Of a DNA stretch of 64,000 nt, positions 28,513 through 42,768 are shown one piece after another. This DNA comes from Auanema rhodensis. Its lineage: Eukaryota; Animalia; Nematoda. A program made the position numbers and the translations under genes. Every line of letters begins with the position of its first letter. The stretch's first letter is position 1. The stretch lies in assembly GCA_964057225.1 (NCBI GenBank), contig CAXKVF010000077.1, positions 744,001 to 808,000 on the forward strand, given 5' to 3'. The notes beneath the pieces are model-generated. The model did not search any database. It was given only the letters and a program-made list of their open reading frames with translations, and was not told the DNA's origin.

Positions 28513-29216
28513 GGGAAATCTAATTTTGAAAACCGCATCTCTTTATCTTTCACGTGAAGCGAGTTACATACCAAGTGCACATCACGTGTACATTTAATTA
28601 GCATAAATTAAAGTTCACGTAAATTTCAAAGTCATGGTTACCATGCACCAATATCAATAAAAATTTGTTTTTAGACTAATATGGACATGGGGAATCTAAT
28701 TTTGAAAACTGCATCTCTTTATCTTTCACGTGAAGCGAGTTACATACCAAGTGCACATCACGTGTACATTTAATTAGCATAAATTAAAGTTCACGTAAAT
28801 TTCAAAGTCATGGTTACCATGCACCAATATCAATAAAAATTTGTTTTTAGACTAATATGGACATGGGGAATCTAATTTTGAAAACCGCATCTCTTTATCT
28901 TTCACGTGAAGCGAGTTACATACCAAGTGCACATCACGTGTACATTTAATTAGCATAAATTAAAGTTCACGTAAATTTCAAAGTCATGGTTACCATGAAG
29001 CAATATCAATAAAAATTTGTTTTTAGACTAATATGGACATGGGGAATCTAATTTTGAAAACCGTATCTCTTTATCTTTCACGTGAAGCGAGTTACATACC
29101 AAGTGCACATCACGTGTACATTTAATTAGCATAAATTAAAGTTCACGTAAATTTCAAAGTCATGGTTACCATGAACCAATATCAATAAAAATTTGTTTTT
29201 AGACTAATATGGACAT

Positions 29217-32200
29217 GGGGAATCTAATTTTCGAAACCGCATCTCTTTATCTTTCACGTGAAGCGAGTTACATACCAAGTGCACATCACGTGTACATTTA
29301 ATTAGCATAAATTAAAGTTCACGTAAATTTCAAAGTCATGGTTACCATGAACCAATATCAATAAAAATTTGTTTTTAGACTAATATGGACATGGGGAATC
29401 TAATTTTGAAAACCGCATCTCTTTATCTTTCACGTGAAGCGAGTTACATACCAAGTGCACATCACGTGTACATTTAATTAGCATAAATTAAAGTTCACGT
29501 AAATTTCAAAGTCATGGTTACCATGCACCAATATCAATAAAAATTTGTTTTTAGACTAATTTGGACATGGGGAATCTAATTTTGAAAACCGCATCTCTTT
29601 ATCTTTCACGTGAAGCGAGTTACATACCAAGTGCACATCACGTGTACATTTAATTAGCATAAATTAAAGTTCACGTAAATTTCAAAGTCATGGTTACCAT
29701 GAACCAATATCAATAAAAATTTGTTTTTAGACTAATATGGACATGGGGAATCTAATTTTGAAAACCGCATCTCTTTATCTTTCACGTGAAGCGAGTTACA
29801 TACCAAGTGCACATCACGTGTACATTTAATTAGCATAAATTAAAGTTCACGTAAATTTCAAAGTCATGGTTACCATGAACCAATATCAATAAAAATTTGT
29901 TTTTAGACTAATATGGACATGGGGAATCTAATTTTGAAAACCGCATCTCTTTATCTTTCACGTGAAGCGAGTTACATACCAAGTGCACATCACGTGTACA
30001 TTTAATTAGCATAAATTAAAGTTCACGTAAATTTCAAAGTCATGGTTACCATGCACCAATATCAATAAAAATTTGTTTTTAGACTAATATGGACATGGGG
30101 AATCTAATTTTGAAAACCGCATCTCTTTATCTTTCACGTGAAGCGAGTTACATACCAAGTGCACATCACGTGTACATTTAATTAGCATAAATTAAAGTTC
30201 ACGTAAATTTCAAAGTCATGGTTACCATGAACCAATATCAATAAAAATTTGTTTTTAGACTAATATGGACATGGGGAATCTAATTTTGAAAACCGCATCT
30301 CTTTATCTTTTACGTGAAGCGAGTTACATACCAAGTGCACATCACGTGTACATTTAATTAGCATAAATTAAAGTTCACGTAAATTTCAAAGTCATGGTTA
30401 CCATGAAGCAATATCAATAAAAATTTGTTTTTAGACTAATATGGACATGGGGAATCTAATTTTGAAAACTGCATCTCTTTATCTTTCACGTGAAGCGAGT
30501 TACATACCAAGTGCACATCACGTGTACATTTAATTAGCATAAATTAAAGTTCACGTAAATTTCAAAGTCATGGTTACCATGCACCAATATCAATAAAAAT
30601 TTGTTTTTAGACTAATATGGACATGGGGAATCTAATTTTGAAAACCGCATCTCTTTATCTTTCACGTGAAGCGAGTTACATACCAAGTGCACATCACGTG
30701 TACATTTAATTAGCATAAATTAAAGTTCACGTAAATTTCAAAGTCATGGTTACCATGAACCAATATCAATAAAAATTTGTTTTTAGACTAATATGGACAT
30801 GGGGAATCTAATTTTGAAAACCGCATCTCTTTATCTTTCACGTGAAGCGAGTTACATACCAAGTGCACATCACGTGTACATTTAATTAGCATAAATTAAA
30901 GTTCACGTAAATTTCAAAGTCATGGTTACCATGCACCAATATCAATAAAAATTTGTTTTTAGACTAATTTGGACATGGGGAATCTAATTTTGTAAACCGC
31001 ATCTCTTTATCTTTCACGTGAAGCGAGTTACATACCAAGTGCACATCACGTGTACATTTAATTAGCATAAATTAAAGTTCACGTAAATTTCAAAGTCATG
31101 GTTACCATGAACCAATATCAATAAAAATTTGTTTTTAGACTAATATGGACATGGGGAATCTAATTTTGAAAACCGCATCTCTTTATCTTTCACGTGAAGC
31201 GAGTTACATACCAAGTGCACATCACGTGTACATTTAATTAGCATAAATTAAAGTTCACGTAAATTTCAAAGTCATGGTTACCATGCACCAATATCAATAA
31301 AAATTTGTTTTTAGACTAATATGGACATGGGGAATCTAATTTTGAAAACCGCATCTTTTTATCTTTCACGTGAAGCGAGTTACATACCAAGTGCACATCA
31401 CGTGTACATTTAATTAGCATAAATTAAAGTTCACGTAAATTTCAAAGTCATGGTTACCATGAACCAATATCAATAAAAATTTGTTTTTAGACTAATATGG
31501 ACATGGGGAATCTAATTTTGAAAACCGCATCTCTTTATCTTTTACGTGAAGCGAGTTACATACCAAGTGCACATCACGTGTACATTTAATTAGCATAAAT
31601 TAAAGTTCACGTAAATTTCAAAGTCATGGTTACCATGCACCAATATCAATAAAAATTTGTTTTTAGACTAATATGGACATGGGGAATCTAATTTTGAAAA
31701 CCGCATCTCTTTATCTTTCACGTGAAGCGAGTTACATACCAAGTGCACATCACGTGTACATTTAATTAGCATAAATTAAAGTTCACGTAAATTTCAAAGT
31801 CATGGTTACCATCAACCAATATCAATAAAAATTTGTTTTTAGACTAATATGGACATGGGGAATCTAATTTTGAAAACCGCATCTCTTTATCTTTTACGTG
31901 AAGCGAGTTACATACCAAGTGCACATCACGTGTACATTTAATTAGCATAAATTAAAGTTCACGTAAATTTCAAAGTCATGGTTACCATGAACCAATATCA
32001 ATAAAAATTTGTTTTTAGACTAATATGGACATGGGGAATCTAATTTTGAAAACCGCATCTCTTTATCTTTCACGTGAAGCGAGTTACATACCAAGTGCAC
32101 ATCACGTGTACATTTAATTAGCATAAATTAAAGTTCACGTAAATTTCAAAGTCATGGTTACCATGCACCAATATCAATAAAAATTTGTTTTTAGACTAAT

Positions 32201-35200
32201 ATGGACATGGGGAATCTAATTTTGAAAACCGCATCTCTTTATCTTTCACGTGAAGCGAGTTACATACCAAGTGCACATCACGTGTACATTTAATTAGCAT
32301 AAATTAAAGTTCACGTAAATTTCAAAGTCATGGTTACCATGAACCAATATCAATAAAAATTTGTTTTTAGACTAATATGGACATGGGGAATCTAATTTTG
32401 AAAACCGCATCTCTTTATCTTTCACGTGAAGCGAGTTACATACCAAGTGCACATCACGTGTACATTTAATTAGCATAAATTAAAGTTCACGTAAATTTCA
32501 AAGTCATGGTTACCATGCACCAATATCAATAAAAATTTGTTTTTAGACTAATATGGACATGGGGAATCTAATTTTGAAAACCGCATCTCTTTATCTTTCA
32601 CGTGAAGCGAGTTACATACCAAGTGCACATCACGTGTACATTTAATTAGCATAAATTAAAGTTCACGTAAATTTCAAAGTCATGGTTACCATGAAGCAAT
32701 ATCAATAAAAATTTGTTTTTAGACTAATATGGACATGGGGAATCTAATTTTGAAAACCGCATCTCTTTATCTTTTACGTGAAGCGAGTTACATACCAAGT
32801 GCACATCACGTGTACATTTAATTAGCATAAATTAAAGTTCACGTAAATTTCAAAGTCATGGTTACCATGAAGCAATATCAATAAAAATTTGTTTTTAGAC
32901 TAATATGGACATGGGGAATCTAATTTTGAAAACCGCATCTCTTTATCTTTCACGTGAAGCGAGTTACATACCAAGTGCACATCACGTGTACATTTAATTA
33001 GCATAAATTAAAGTTCAGGTAAATTTCAAAGTCATGGTTACCATGAACCAATATCAATAAAAATTTGTTTTTAGACTAATATGGACATGGGGAATCTAAT
33101 TTTGAAAACCGCATCTCTTTATCTTTCACGTGAAGCGAGTTACATACCAAGTGCACATCACGTGTACATTTAATTAGCATAAATTAAAGTTCACGTAAAT
33201 TTCAAAGTCATGGTTACCATGAACGAATATCAATAAAAATTTGTTTTTAGACTAATATGGACATGGGGAATTTAATTTTGAAAACCGCATCTCTTTATCT
33301 TTCAAGTGAAGCGAGTTACATACCAAGTGCATATCACGTGTACATTTAATTAGCATAAATTAAAGTTCACGTAAATTTCAAAGTCATGGTTACCATGAAG
33401 CAATATCAATAAAAATTTGTTTTTAGACTAATATGGACATGGGGAATCTAAGTTTGAAAACCGCATCTCTTTATCTTTCACGTGAAGCGAGTTACATACC
33501 AAGTGCACATCACGTGTACATTTAATAAGAATAAATTAAAGTTCACGTAAATTTCAAAGTCATGGTTACCATGAAGCAATATCAATAAAAATTTGTTTTT
33601 AGACTAATATGGACATGGGGAATCTAATTTTGAAAACCGCATCTCTTTATCTTTCACGTGAAGCGAGTTACATACCAAGTGCACATCACGTGTACATTTA
33701 ATTAGCATAAATTAAAGTTCACGTAAATTTCAAAGTCATGGTTACCATGAACCAATATCAATAAAAATTTGTTTTTAGACTAATATGGACATGGGGAATC
33801 TAATTTTGGAAACCTCATCTCTTTATCTTTCACGTGAAGCGAGTTACATACCAAGTGCACATCACGTGTACATTTAATTAGCATAAATTAAAGTTCACTT
33901 AAATTTCAAAGTCATGGTTACCATGAACCAATATCAATAAAAATTTGTTTTTAGACTAATATGGACATGGGGAATCTAATTTTGGAAACCGCATCTCTTT
34001 ATCTTTCACGTGAAGCGAGTTACATACCAAGTGCACATCACGTGTACATTTAATTAGCATAAATTAAAGTTCACGTAAATTTCAAAGTCATGGTTACCAT
34101 GCACCAATATCAATAAAAATTTGTTTTTAGACTAATATGGACATGGGGAATCTAATTTTGAAAACCGCATCTCTTTATCTTTCACGTGAAGCGAGTTACA
34201 TACCAAGTGCACATCACGTGTACATTTAATTAGCATAAATTAAAGTTCACGTAAATTTCAAAGTCATGGTTACCATGCACCAATATCAATAAAAATTTGT
34301 TTTTAGACTAATATGGACATGGGGAATCTAATTTTGAAAACCGCATCTCTTTATCTTTCACGTGAAGCGAGTTACATACCAAGTGCACATCACGTGTACA
34401 TTTAATTAGCATAAATTAAAGTTCACGTAAATTTCAAAGTCATGGTTACCATGAACCAATATCAATAAAAATTTGTTTTTAGACTAATATGGACATGGGG
34501 AATCTAATTTTGAAAACCGCATCTCTTTATCTTTCACGTGAAGCGAGTTACATACCAAGTGCACATCACGTGTACATTTAATTAGCATAAATTAAAGTTC
34601 ACGTAAATTTCAAAGTCATGGTTACCATGAAGCAATATCAATAAAAATTTGTTTTTAGACTAATATGGACATGGGGAATCTAATTTTGAAAACCGCATCT
34701 CTTTATCTTTCACGTGAAGCGAGTTACATACCAAGTGCACATCACGTGTACATTTAATTAGCATAAATTAAAGTTCACGTAAATTTCAAAGTCATGGTTA
34801 CCATGAACCAATATCAATAAAAATTTGTTTTTAGACTAATATGGACATGGGGAATCTAATTTTGGAAACCGCATCTCTTTATCTTTCACGTGAAGCGAGT
34901 TACATACCAAGTGCACATCACGTGTACATTTAATTAGCATAAATTAAAGTTCACGTAAATTTCAAAGTCATGGTTACCATGCACCAATATCAATAAAAAT
35001 TTGTTTTTAGACTAATATGGACATGGGGAATTTAATTTTGAAAACCGCATCTCTTTATCTTTCACGTGAAGCGAGTTACATACCAAGTGCACATCACGTG
35101 TACATTTAATTAGCATAAATTAAAGTTCACGTAAATTTCAAAGTCATGGTTACCATGCACCAATATCAATAAAAATTTGTTTTTAGACTAATATCGACAT
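29217..35200. repeat. Large block duplication, copy 2 (M167-M200)
   Basis: Matches 21297-26928 at an offset of 45 monomers, then 47 monomers (8272 bp); e.g. TTCAGGT in M141 and M188. Confidence 0.9.
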
Positions 35201-38200
35201 GGGGAATCTAATTTTGAAAACCGCATCTCTTTATCTTTCACGTGAAGCGAGTTACATACCAAGTGCACATCACGTGTACATTTAATTAGCATAAATTAAA
35301 GTTCACGTAAATTTCAAAGTCATGGTTACCATGAACCAATATCAATAAAAATTTGTTTTTAGACTAATATGGACATGGGAAATCTAATTTTGAAAACCGC
35401 ATCTCTTTATCTTTCACGTGAAGCGAGTTACATACCAAGTGCACATCACGTGTACATTTAATTAGCATAAATTAAAGTTCACGTAAATTTCAAAGTCATG
35501 GTTACCATGAAGCAATATCAATAAAAATTTGTTTTTAGACTAATATGGACATGGGGAATCTAATTTTGAAAACCGCATCTCTTTATCTTTCACGTGAAGC
35601 GAGTTACATACCAAGTGCACATCACGTGTACATTTAATTAGCATAAATTAAAGTTCACGTAAATTTCAAAGTCATGGTTACCATGAACCAATATCAATAA
35701 AAATTTGTTTTTAGACTAATATGGACATGGGGAATCTAATTTTGGAAACCGCATCTCTTTATCTTTCACGTGAAGCGAGTTACATACCAAGTGCACATCA
35801 CGTGTACATTTAATTAGCATAAATTAAAGTTCACGTAAATTTCAAAGTCATGGTTACCATGCACCAATATCAATAAAAATTTGTTTTTAGACTAATATGG
35901 ACATGGGGAATCTAATTTTGAAAACCGCATCTCTTTATCTTTCACGTGAAGCGAGTTACATACCAAGTGCACATCACGTGTACATTTAATTAGCATAAAT
36001 TAAAGTTCACGTAAATTTCAAAGTCATGGTTACCATGCACCAATATCAATAAAAATTTGTTTTTAGACTAATATCGACATGGGGAATCTAATTTTGAAAA
36101 CCGCATCTCTTTATCTTTCACGTGAAGCGAGTTACATACCAAGTGCACATCACGTGTACATTTAATTAGCATAAATTAAAGTTCACGTAAATTTCAAAGT
36201 CATGGTTACCATGCACCAATATCAATAAAAATTTGTTTTTAGACTAATATGGACATGGGGAATCTAAGTTTGAAAACCGCATCTCTTTATCTTTCACGTG
36301 AAGCGAGTTACATACCAAGTGCACATCACGTGTACATTTAATTAGCATAAATTAAAGTTCACGTAAATTTCAAAGTCATGGTTACTATGAACCAATATCA
36401 ATAAAAATTTGTTTTTAGACTAATATGGACATGGGGAATCTAAGTTTGAAAACCGCATCTCTTTATCTTTCACGTGAAGCGAGTTACATACCAAGTGCAC
36501 ATCACGTGTACATTTAATTAGCATAAATTAAAGTTCACGTAAATTTCAAAGTCATGGTTACTATGAACCAATATCAATAAAAATTTGTTTTTAGAATAAT
36601 ATGGACATGGGAAATCTAATTTTGAAAACCGCATCTCTTTATCTTTCACGTGAAGCGAGTTACATACCAAGTGCACATCACGTGTACATTTAATTAGCAT
36701 AAATTAAAGTTCACGTAAATTTCAAAGTCATGGTTACTATGAACCAATATCAATAAAAATTTGTTTTTAGACTAATATGGACATGGGGAATCTAAGTTTG
36801 AAAACCGCATCTCTTTATCTTTCACGTGAAGCGAGTTACATACCAAGTGCACATCACGTGTACATTTAATTAGCATAAATTAAAGTTCACGTAAATTTCA
36901 AAGTCATGGTTACTATGAACCAATATCAATAAAAATTTGTTTTTAGAATAATATGGACATGGGGAATCTAATTTTGAAAACCGCATCTCTTTATCTTTCA
37001 CGTGAAGCGAGTTACATACCAAGTGCACATCACGTGTACATTTAATTAGCATAAATTAAAGTTCACGTAAATTTCAAAGTCATGGTTACCATGCACCAAT
37101 ATCAATAAAAATTTGTTTTTAGACTAATATGGACATGGGGAATCTAAGTTTGAAAACCGCATCTCTTTATCTTTCACGTGAAGCGAGTTACATACCAAGT
37201 GCACATCACGTGTACATTTAATTAGCATAAATTAAAGTTCACGTAAATTTCAAAGTCATGGTTACTATGAACCAATATCAATAAAAATTTGTTTTTAGAC
37301 TAATATGGACATGGGAAATCTAATTTTGAAAACCGCATCTCTTTATCTTTCACGTGAAGCGAGTTACATACCAAGTGCACATCACGTGTACATTTAATTA
37401 GCATAAATTAAAGTTCACGTAAATTTCAAAGTCATGGTTACCATGAACCAATATCAATAAAAATTTGTTTTTAGACTAATATGGACATGGGGAATCTAAT
37501 TTTGAAAACCGCATCTCTTTATCTTTCACGTGAAGCGAGTTACATACCAAGTGCACATCACGTGTACATTTAATTAGCATAAATTAAAGTTCACGTAAAT
37601 TTCAAAGTCATGGTTACCATGCACCAATATCAATAAAAATTTGTTTTTAGACTAATATGGACATGGGGAATCTAATTTTGAAAACCGCATCTCTTTATCT
37701 TTCACGTGAAGCGAGTTACATACCAAGTGCACATCACGTGTACATTTAATTAGCATAAATTAAAGTTCACGTAAATTTCAAAGTCATGGTTACCATGAAC
37801 CAATATCAATAAAAATTTGTTTTTAGACTAATATGGACATGGGGAATCTAATTTTGAAAACCGCATCTCTTTATCTTTCACGTGAAGCGAGTTACATACC
37901 AAGTGCACATCACGTGTACATTTAATTAGCATAAATTGAAGTTCACGTAAATTTCAAAGTCATGGTTACCATGCACCAATATCAATAAAAATTTGTTTTT
38001 AGACTAATATGGACATGGGGAATCTAATTTTGAAAACCGCATCTCTTTATCTTTCACGTGAAGCGAGTTACATACCAAGTGCACATCACGTGTACATTTA
38101 ATTAGCATAAATTAAAGTTCACGTAAATTTCAAAGTCATGGTTACCATGCACCAATATCAATAAAAATTTGTTTTTAGACTAATATGGACATGGGGAATC

Positions 38201-38720
38201 TAATTTTGAAAACCGCATCTCTTTATCTTTCACGTGAAGCGAGTTACATACCAAGTGCACATCACGTGTACATTTAATTAGCATAAATTAAAGTTCACGT
38301 AAATTTCAAAGTCATGGTTACCATGAACCAATATCAATAAAAATTTGTTTTTAGACTAATATGGACATGGGGAATCTAATTTTGAAAACCGCATCTCTTT
38401 ATCTTTCACGTGAAGCGAGTTACATACCAAGTGCACATCACGTGTACATTTAATTAGCATAAATTAAAGTTCACGTAAATTTCAAAGTCATGGTTACCAT
38501 GCACCAATATCAATAAAAATTTGTTTTTAGACTAATATGGACATGGGGAATCTAATTTTGAAAACCGCATCTCTTTATCTTTCACGTGAAGCGAGTTACA
38601 TACCAAGTGCACATCACGTGTACATTTAATTAGCATAAATTAAAGTTCACGTAAATTTCAAAGTCATGGTTACCATGAACCAATATCAATAAAAATTTGT
38701 TTTTAGACTAATATGGACAT

Positions 38721-40480
38721 GGGAAATCTAATTTTGAAAACCGCATCTCTTTATCTTTCACGTGAAGCGAGTTACATACCAAGTGCACATCACGTGTACA
38801 TTTAATTAGCATAAATTAAAGTTCACGTAAATTTCAAAGTCATGGTTACCATGCACCAATATCAATAAAAATTTGTTTCTAGACTAATATGGACATGGGG
38901 AATCTAATTTTGAAAACCGCATCTCTTTATCTTTCACGTGAAGCGAGTTACATACCAAGTGCACATCACGTGTACATTTAATTAGCATAAATTAAAGTTC
39001 ACGTAAATTTCAAAGTCATGGTTACCATGAACCAATATCAATAAAAATTTGTTTTTAGACTAATATGGACATGGGGAATCTAATTTTGAAAACCGCATCT
39101 CTTTATCTTTCACGTGAAGCGAGTTACATACCAAGTGCACATCACGTGTACATTTAATTAGCATAAATTAAAGTTCACGTAAATTTCAAAGTCATGGTTA
39201 CCATGCACCAATATCAATAAAAATTTGTTTTTAGACTAATATGGACATGGGGAATCTAATTTTGAAAACCGCATCTCTTTATCTTTCACGTGAAGCGAGT
39301 TACATACCAAGTGCACATCACGTGTACATTTAATTAGCATAAATTAAAGTTCACGTAAATTTCAAAGTCATGGTTACCATGAACCAATATCAATAAAAAT
39401 TTGTTTTTAGACTAATATGGACATGGGGAATCTAATTTTGAAAACCGCATCTCTTTATCTTTCACGTGAAGCGAGTTACATACCAAGTGCACATCACGTG
39501 TACATTTAATAAGAATAAATTAAAGTTCACGTAAATTTCAAAGTCATGGTTACCATGAACCAATATCAATAAAAATTTGTTTTTAGACTAATATGGACAT
39601 GGGAAATCTAATTTTGAAAACCGCATCTCTTTATCTTTCACGTGAAGCGAGTTACATACCAAGTGCACATCACGTGTACATTTAATTAGCATAAATTAAA
39701 GTTCACGTAAATTTCAAAGTCATGGTTACCATGCACCAATATCAATAAAAATTTGTTTTTAGACTAATATGGACATGGGGAATCTAATTTTGAAAACCGC
39801 ATCTCTTTATCTTTCACGTGAAGCGAGTTACATACCAAGTGCACATCACGTGTACATTTAATTAGCATAAATTAAAGTTCACGTAAATTTCAAAGTCATG
39901 GTTACCATGAACCAATATCAATAAAAATTTGTTTTTAGACTAATATGGACATGGGGAATCTAATTTTGAAAACCGCATCTCTTTATCTTTCACGTGAAGC
40001 GAGTTACATACCAAGTGCACATCACGTGTACATTTAATTAGCATAAATTAAAGTTCACGTAAATTTCAAAGTCATGGTTACCATGCACCAATATCAATAA
40101 AAATTTGTTTTTAGACTAATATGGACATGGGGAATCTAATTTTGAAAACCGCATCTCTTTATCTTTCACGTGAAGCGAGTTACATACCAAGTGCACATCA
40201 CGTGTACATTTAATTAGCATAAATTAAAGTTCACGTAAATTTCAAAGTCATGGTTACCATGAACCAATATCAATAAAAATTTGTTTTTAGACTAATATGG
40301 ACATGGGGAATCTAATTTTGAAAACCGCATCTCTTTATCTTTCACGTGAAGCGAGTTACATACCAAGTGCACATCACGTGTACATTTAATAAGAATAAAT
40401 TAAAGTTCACGTAAATTTCAAAGTCATGGTTACCATGAACCAATATCAATAAAAATTTGTTTTTAGACTAATATGGACAT
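38721..40480. repeat. 5-monomer (880-bp) tandem duplication: M221-M225 = M226-M230
   Basis: 4A/CAC, AAC, CAC, AAC, 87A90A/AAC occurs twice, with one difference (159C in M221). Confidence 0.85.
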
Positions 40481-41008
40481 GGGGAATCTAATTTTGAAAA
40501 CCGCATCTCTTTATCTTTCACGTGAAGCGAGTTACATACCAAGTGCACATCACGTGTACATTTAATTAGCATAAATTAAAGTTCACGTAAATTTCAAAGT
40601 CATGGTTACCATGAACGAATATCAATAAAAATTTGTTTTTAGACTAATATGGACATGGGGAATTTAATTTTGAAAACCGCATCTCTTTATCTTTCAAGTG
40701 AAGCGAGTTACATACCAAGTGCATATCACGTGTACATTTAATTAGCATAAATTAAAGTTCACGTAAATTTCAAAGTCATGGTTACCATGAAGCAATATCA
40801 ATAAAAATTTGTTTTTAGACTAATATGGACATGGGGAATCTAATTTTGAAAACCGCATCTCTTTATCTTTCACGTGAAGCGAGTTACATACCAAGTGCAC
40901 ATCACGTGTACATTTAATAAGAATAAATTAAAGTTCACGTAAATTTCAAAGTCATGGTTACCATGAAGCAATATCAATAAAAATTTGTTTTTAGACTAAT
41001 ATGGACAT

Positions 41009-42768
41009 GGGGAATCTAATTTTGAAAACCGCATCTCTTTATCTTTCACGTGAAGCGAGTTACATACCAAGTGCACATCACGTGTACATTTAATTAGCAT
41101 AAATTAAAGTTCACGTAAATTTCAAAGTCATGGTTACCATGAACCAATATCAATAAAAATTTGTTTTTAGACTAATATGGACATGGGAAATCTAATTTTG
41201 AAAACCGCATCTCTTTATCTTTCACGTGAAGCGAGTTACATACCAAGTGCACATCACGTGTACATTTAATTAGCATAAATTAAAGTTCACGTAAATTTCA
41301 AAGTCATGGTTACCATGAACCAATATCAATAAAAATTTGTTTTTAGACTAATATGGACATGGGGAATCTAATTTTGGAAACCGCATCTCTTTATCTTTCA
41401 CGTGAAGCGAGTTACATACCAAGTGCACATCACGTGTACATTTAATTAGCATAAATTAAAGTTCACGTAAATTTCAAAGTCATGGTTACCATGCACCAAT
41501 ATCAATAAAAATTTGTTTTTAGACTAATATGGACATGGGGAATCTAATTTTGAAAACCGCATCTCTTTATCTTTCACGTGAAGCGAGTTACATACCAAGT
41601 GCACATCACGTGTACATTTAATTAGCATAAATTAAAGTTCACGTAAATTTCAAAGTCATGGTTACCATGCACCAATATCAATAAAAATTTGTTTTTAGAC
41701 TAATATGGACATGGGGAATCTAATTTTGAAAACCGCATCTCTTTATCTTTCACGTGAAGCGAGTTACATACCAAGTGCACATCACGTGTACATTTAATTA
41801 GCATAAATTAAAGTTCACGTAAATTTCAAAGTCATGGTTACCATGAACCAATATCAATAAAAATTTGTTTTTAGACTAATATGGACATGGGGAATCTAAT
41901 TTTGAAAACCGCATCTCTTTATCTTTCACGTGAAGCGAGTTACATACCAAGTGCACATCACGTGTACATTTAATTAGCATAAATTAAAGTTCACGTAAAT
42001 TTCAAAGTCATGGTTACCATGAACCAATATCAATAAAAATTTGTTTTTAGACTAATATGGACATGGGAAATCTAATTTTGAAAACCGCATCTCTTTATCT
42101 TTCACGTGAAGCGAGTTACATACCAAGTGCACATCACGTGTACATTTAATTAGCATAAATTAAAGTTCACGTAAATTTCAAAGTCATGGTTACCATGAAC
42201 CAATATCAATAAAAATTTGTTTTTAGACTAATATGGACATGGGGAATCTAATTTTGGAAACCGCATCTCTTTATCTTTCACGTGAAGCGAGTTACATACC
42301 AAGTGCACATCACGTGTACATTTAATTAGCATAAATTAAAGTTCACGTAAATTTCAAAGTCATGGTTACCATGCACCAATATCAATAAAAATTTGTTTTT
42401 AGACTAATATGGACATGGGGAATCTAATTTTGAAAACCGCATCTCTTTATCTTTCACGTGAAGCGAGTTACATACCAAGTGCACATCACGTGTACATTTA
42501 ATTAGCATAAATTAAAGTTCACGTAAATTTCAAAGTCATGGTTACCATGCACCAATATCAATAAAAATTTGTTTTTAGACTAATATGGACATGGGGAATC
42601 TAATTTTGAAAACCGCATCTCTTTATCTTTCACGTGAAGCGAGTTACATACCAAGTGCACATCACGTGTACATTTAATTAGCATAAATTAAAGTTCACGT
42701 AAATTTCAAAGTCATGGTTACCATGAACCAATATCAATAAAAATTTGTTTTTAGACTAATATGGACAT
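41009..42768. repeat. 5-monomer (880-bp) tandem duplication: M234-M238 = M239-M243
   Basis: AAC, 4A/AAC, 17G/CAC, CAC, AAC occurs twice. Confidence 0.85.

Noticed and set aside
36518-37052. Two further 60-aa minus-strand ORFs
   Set aside because: Same artefact, caused by the 164A SNP in M208 and M210.
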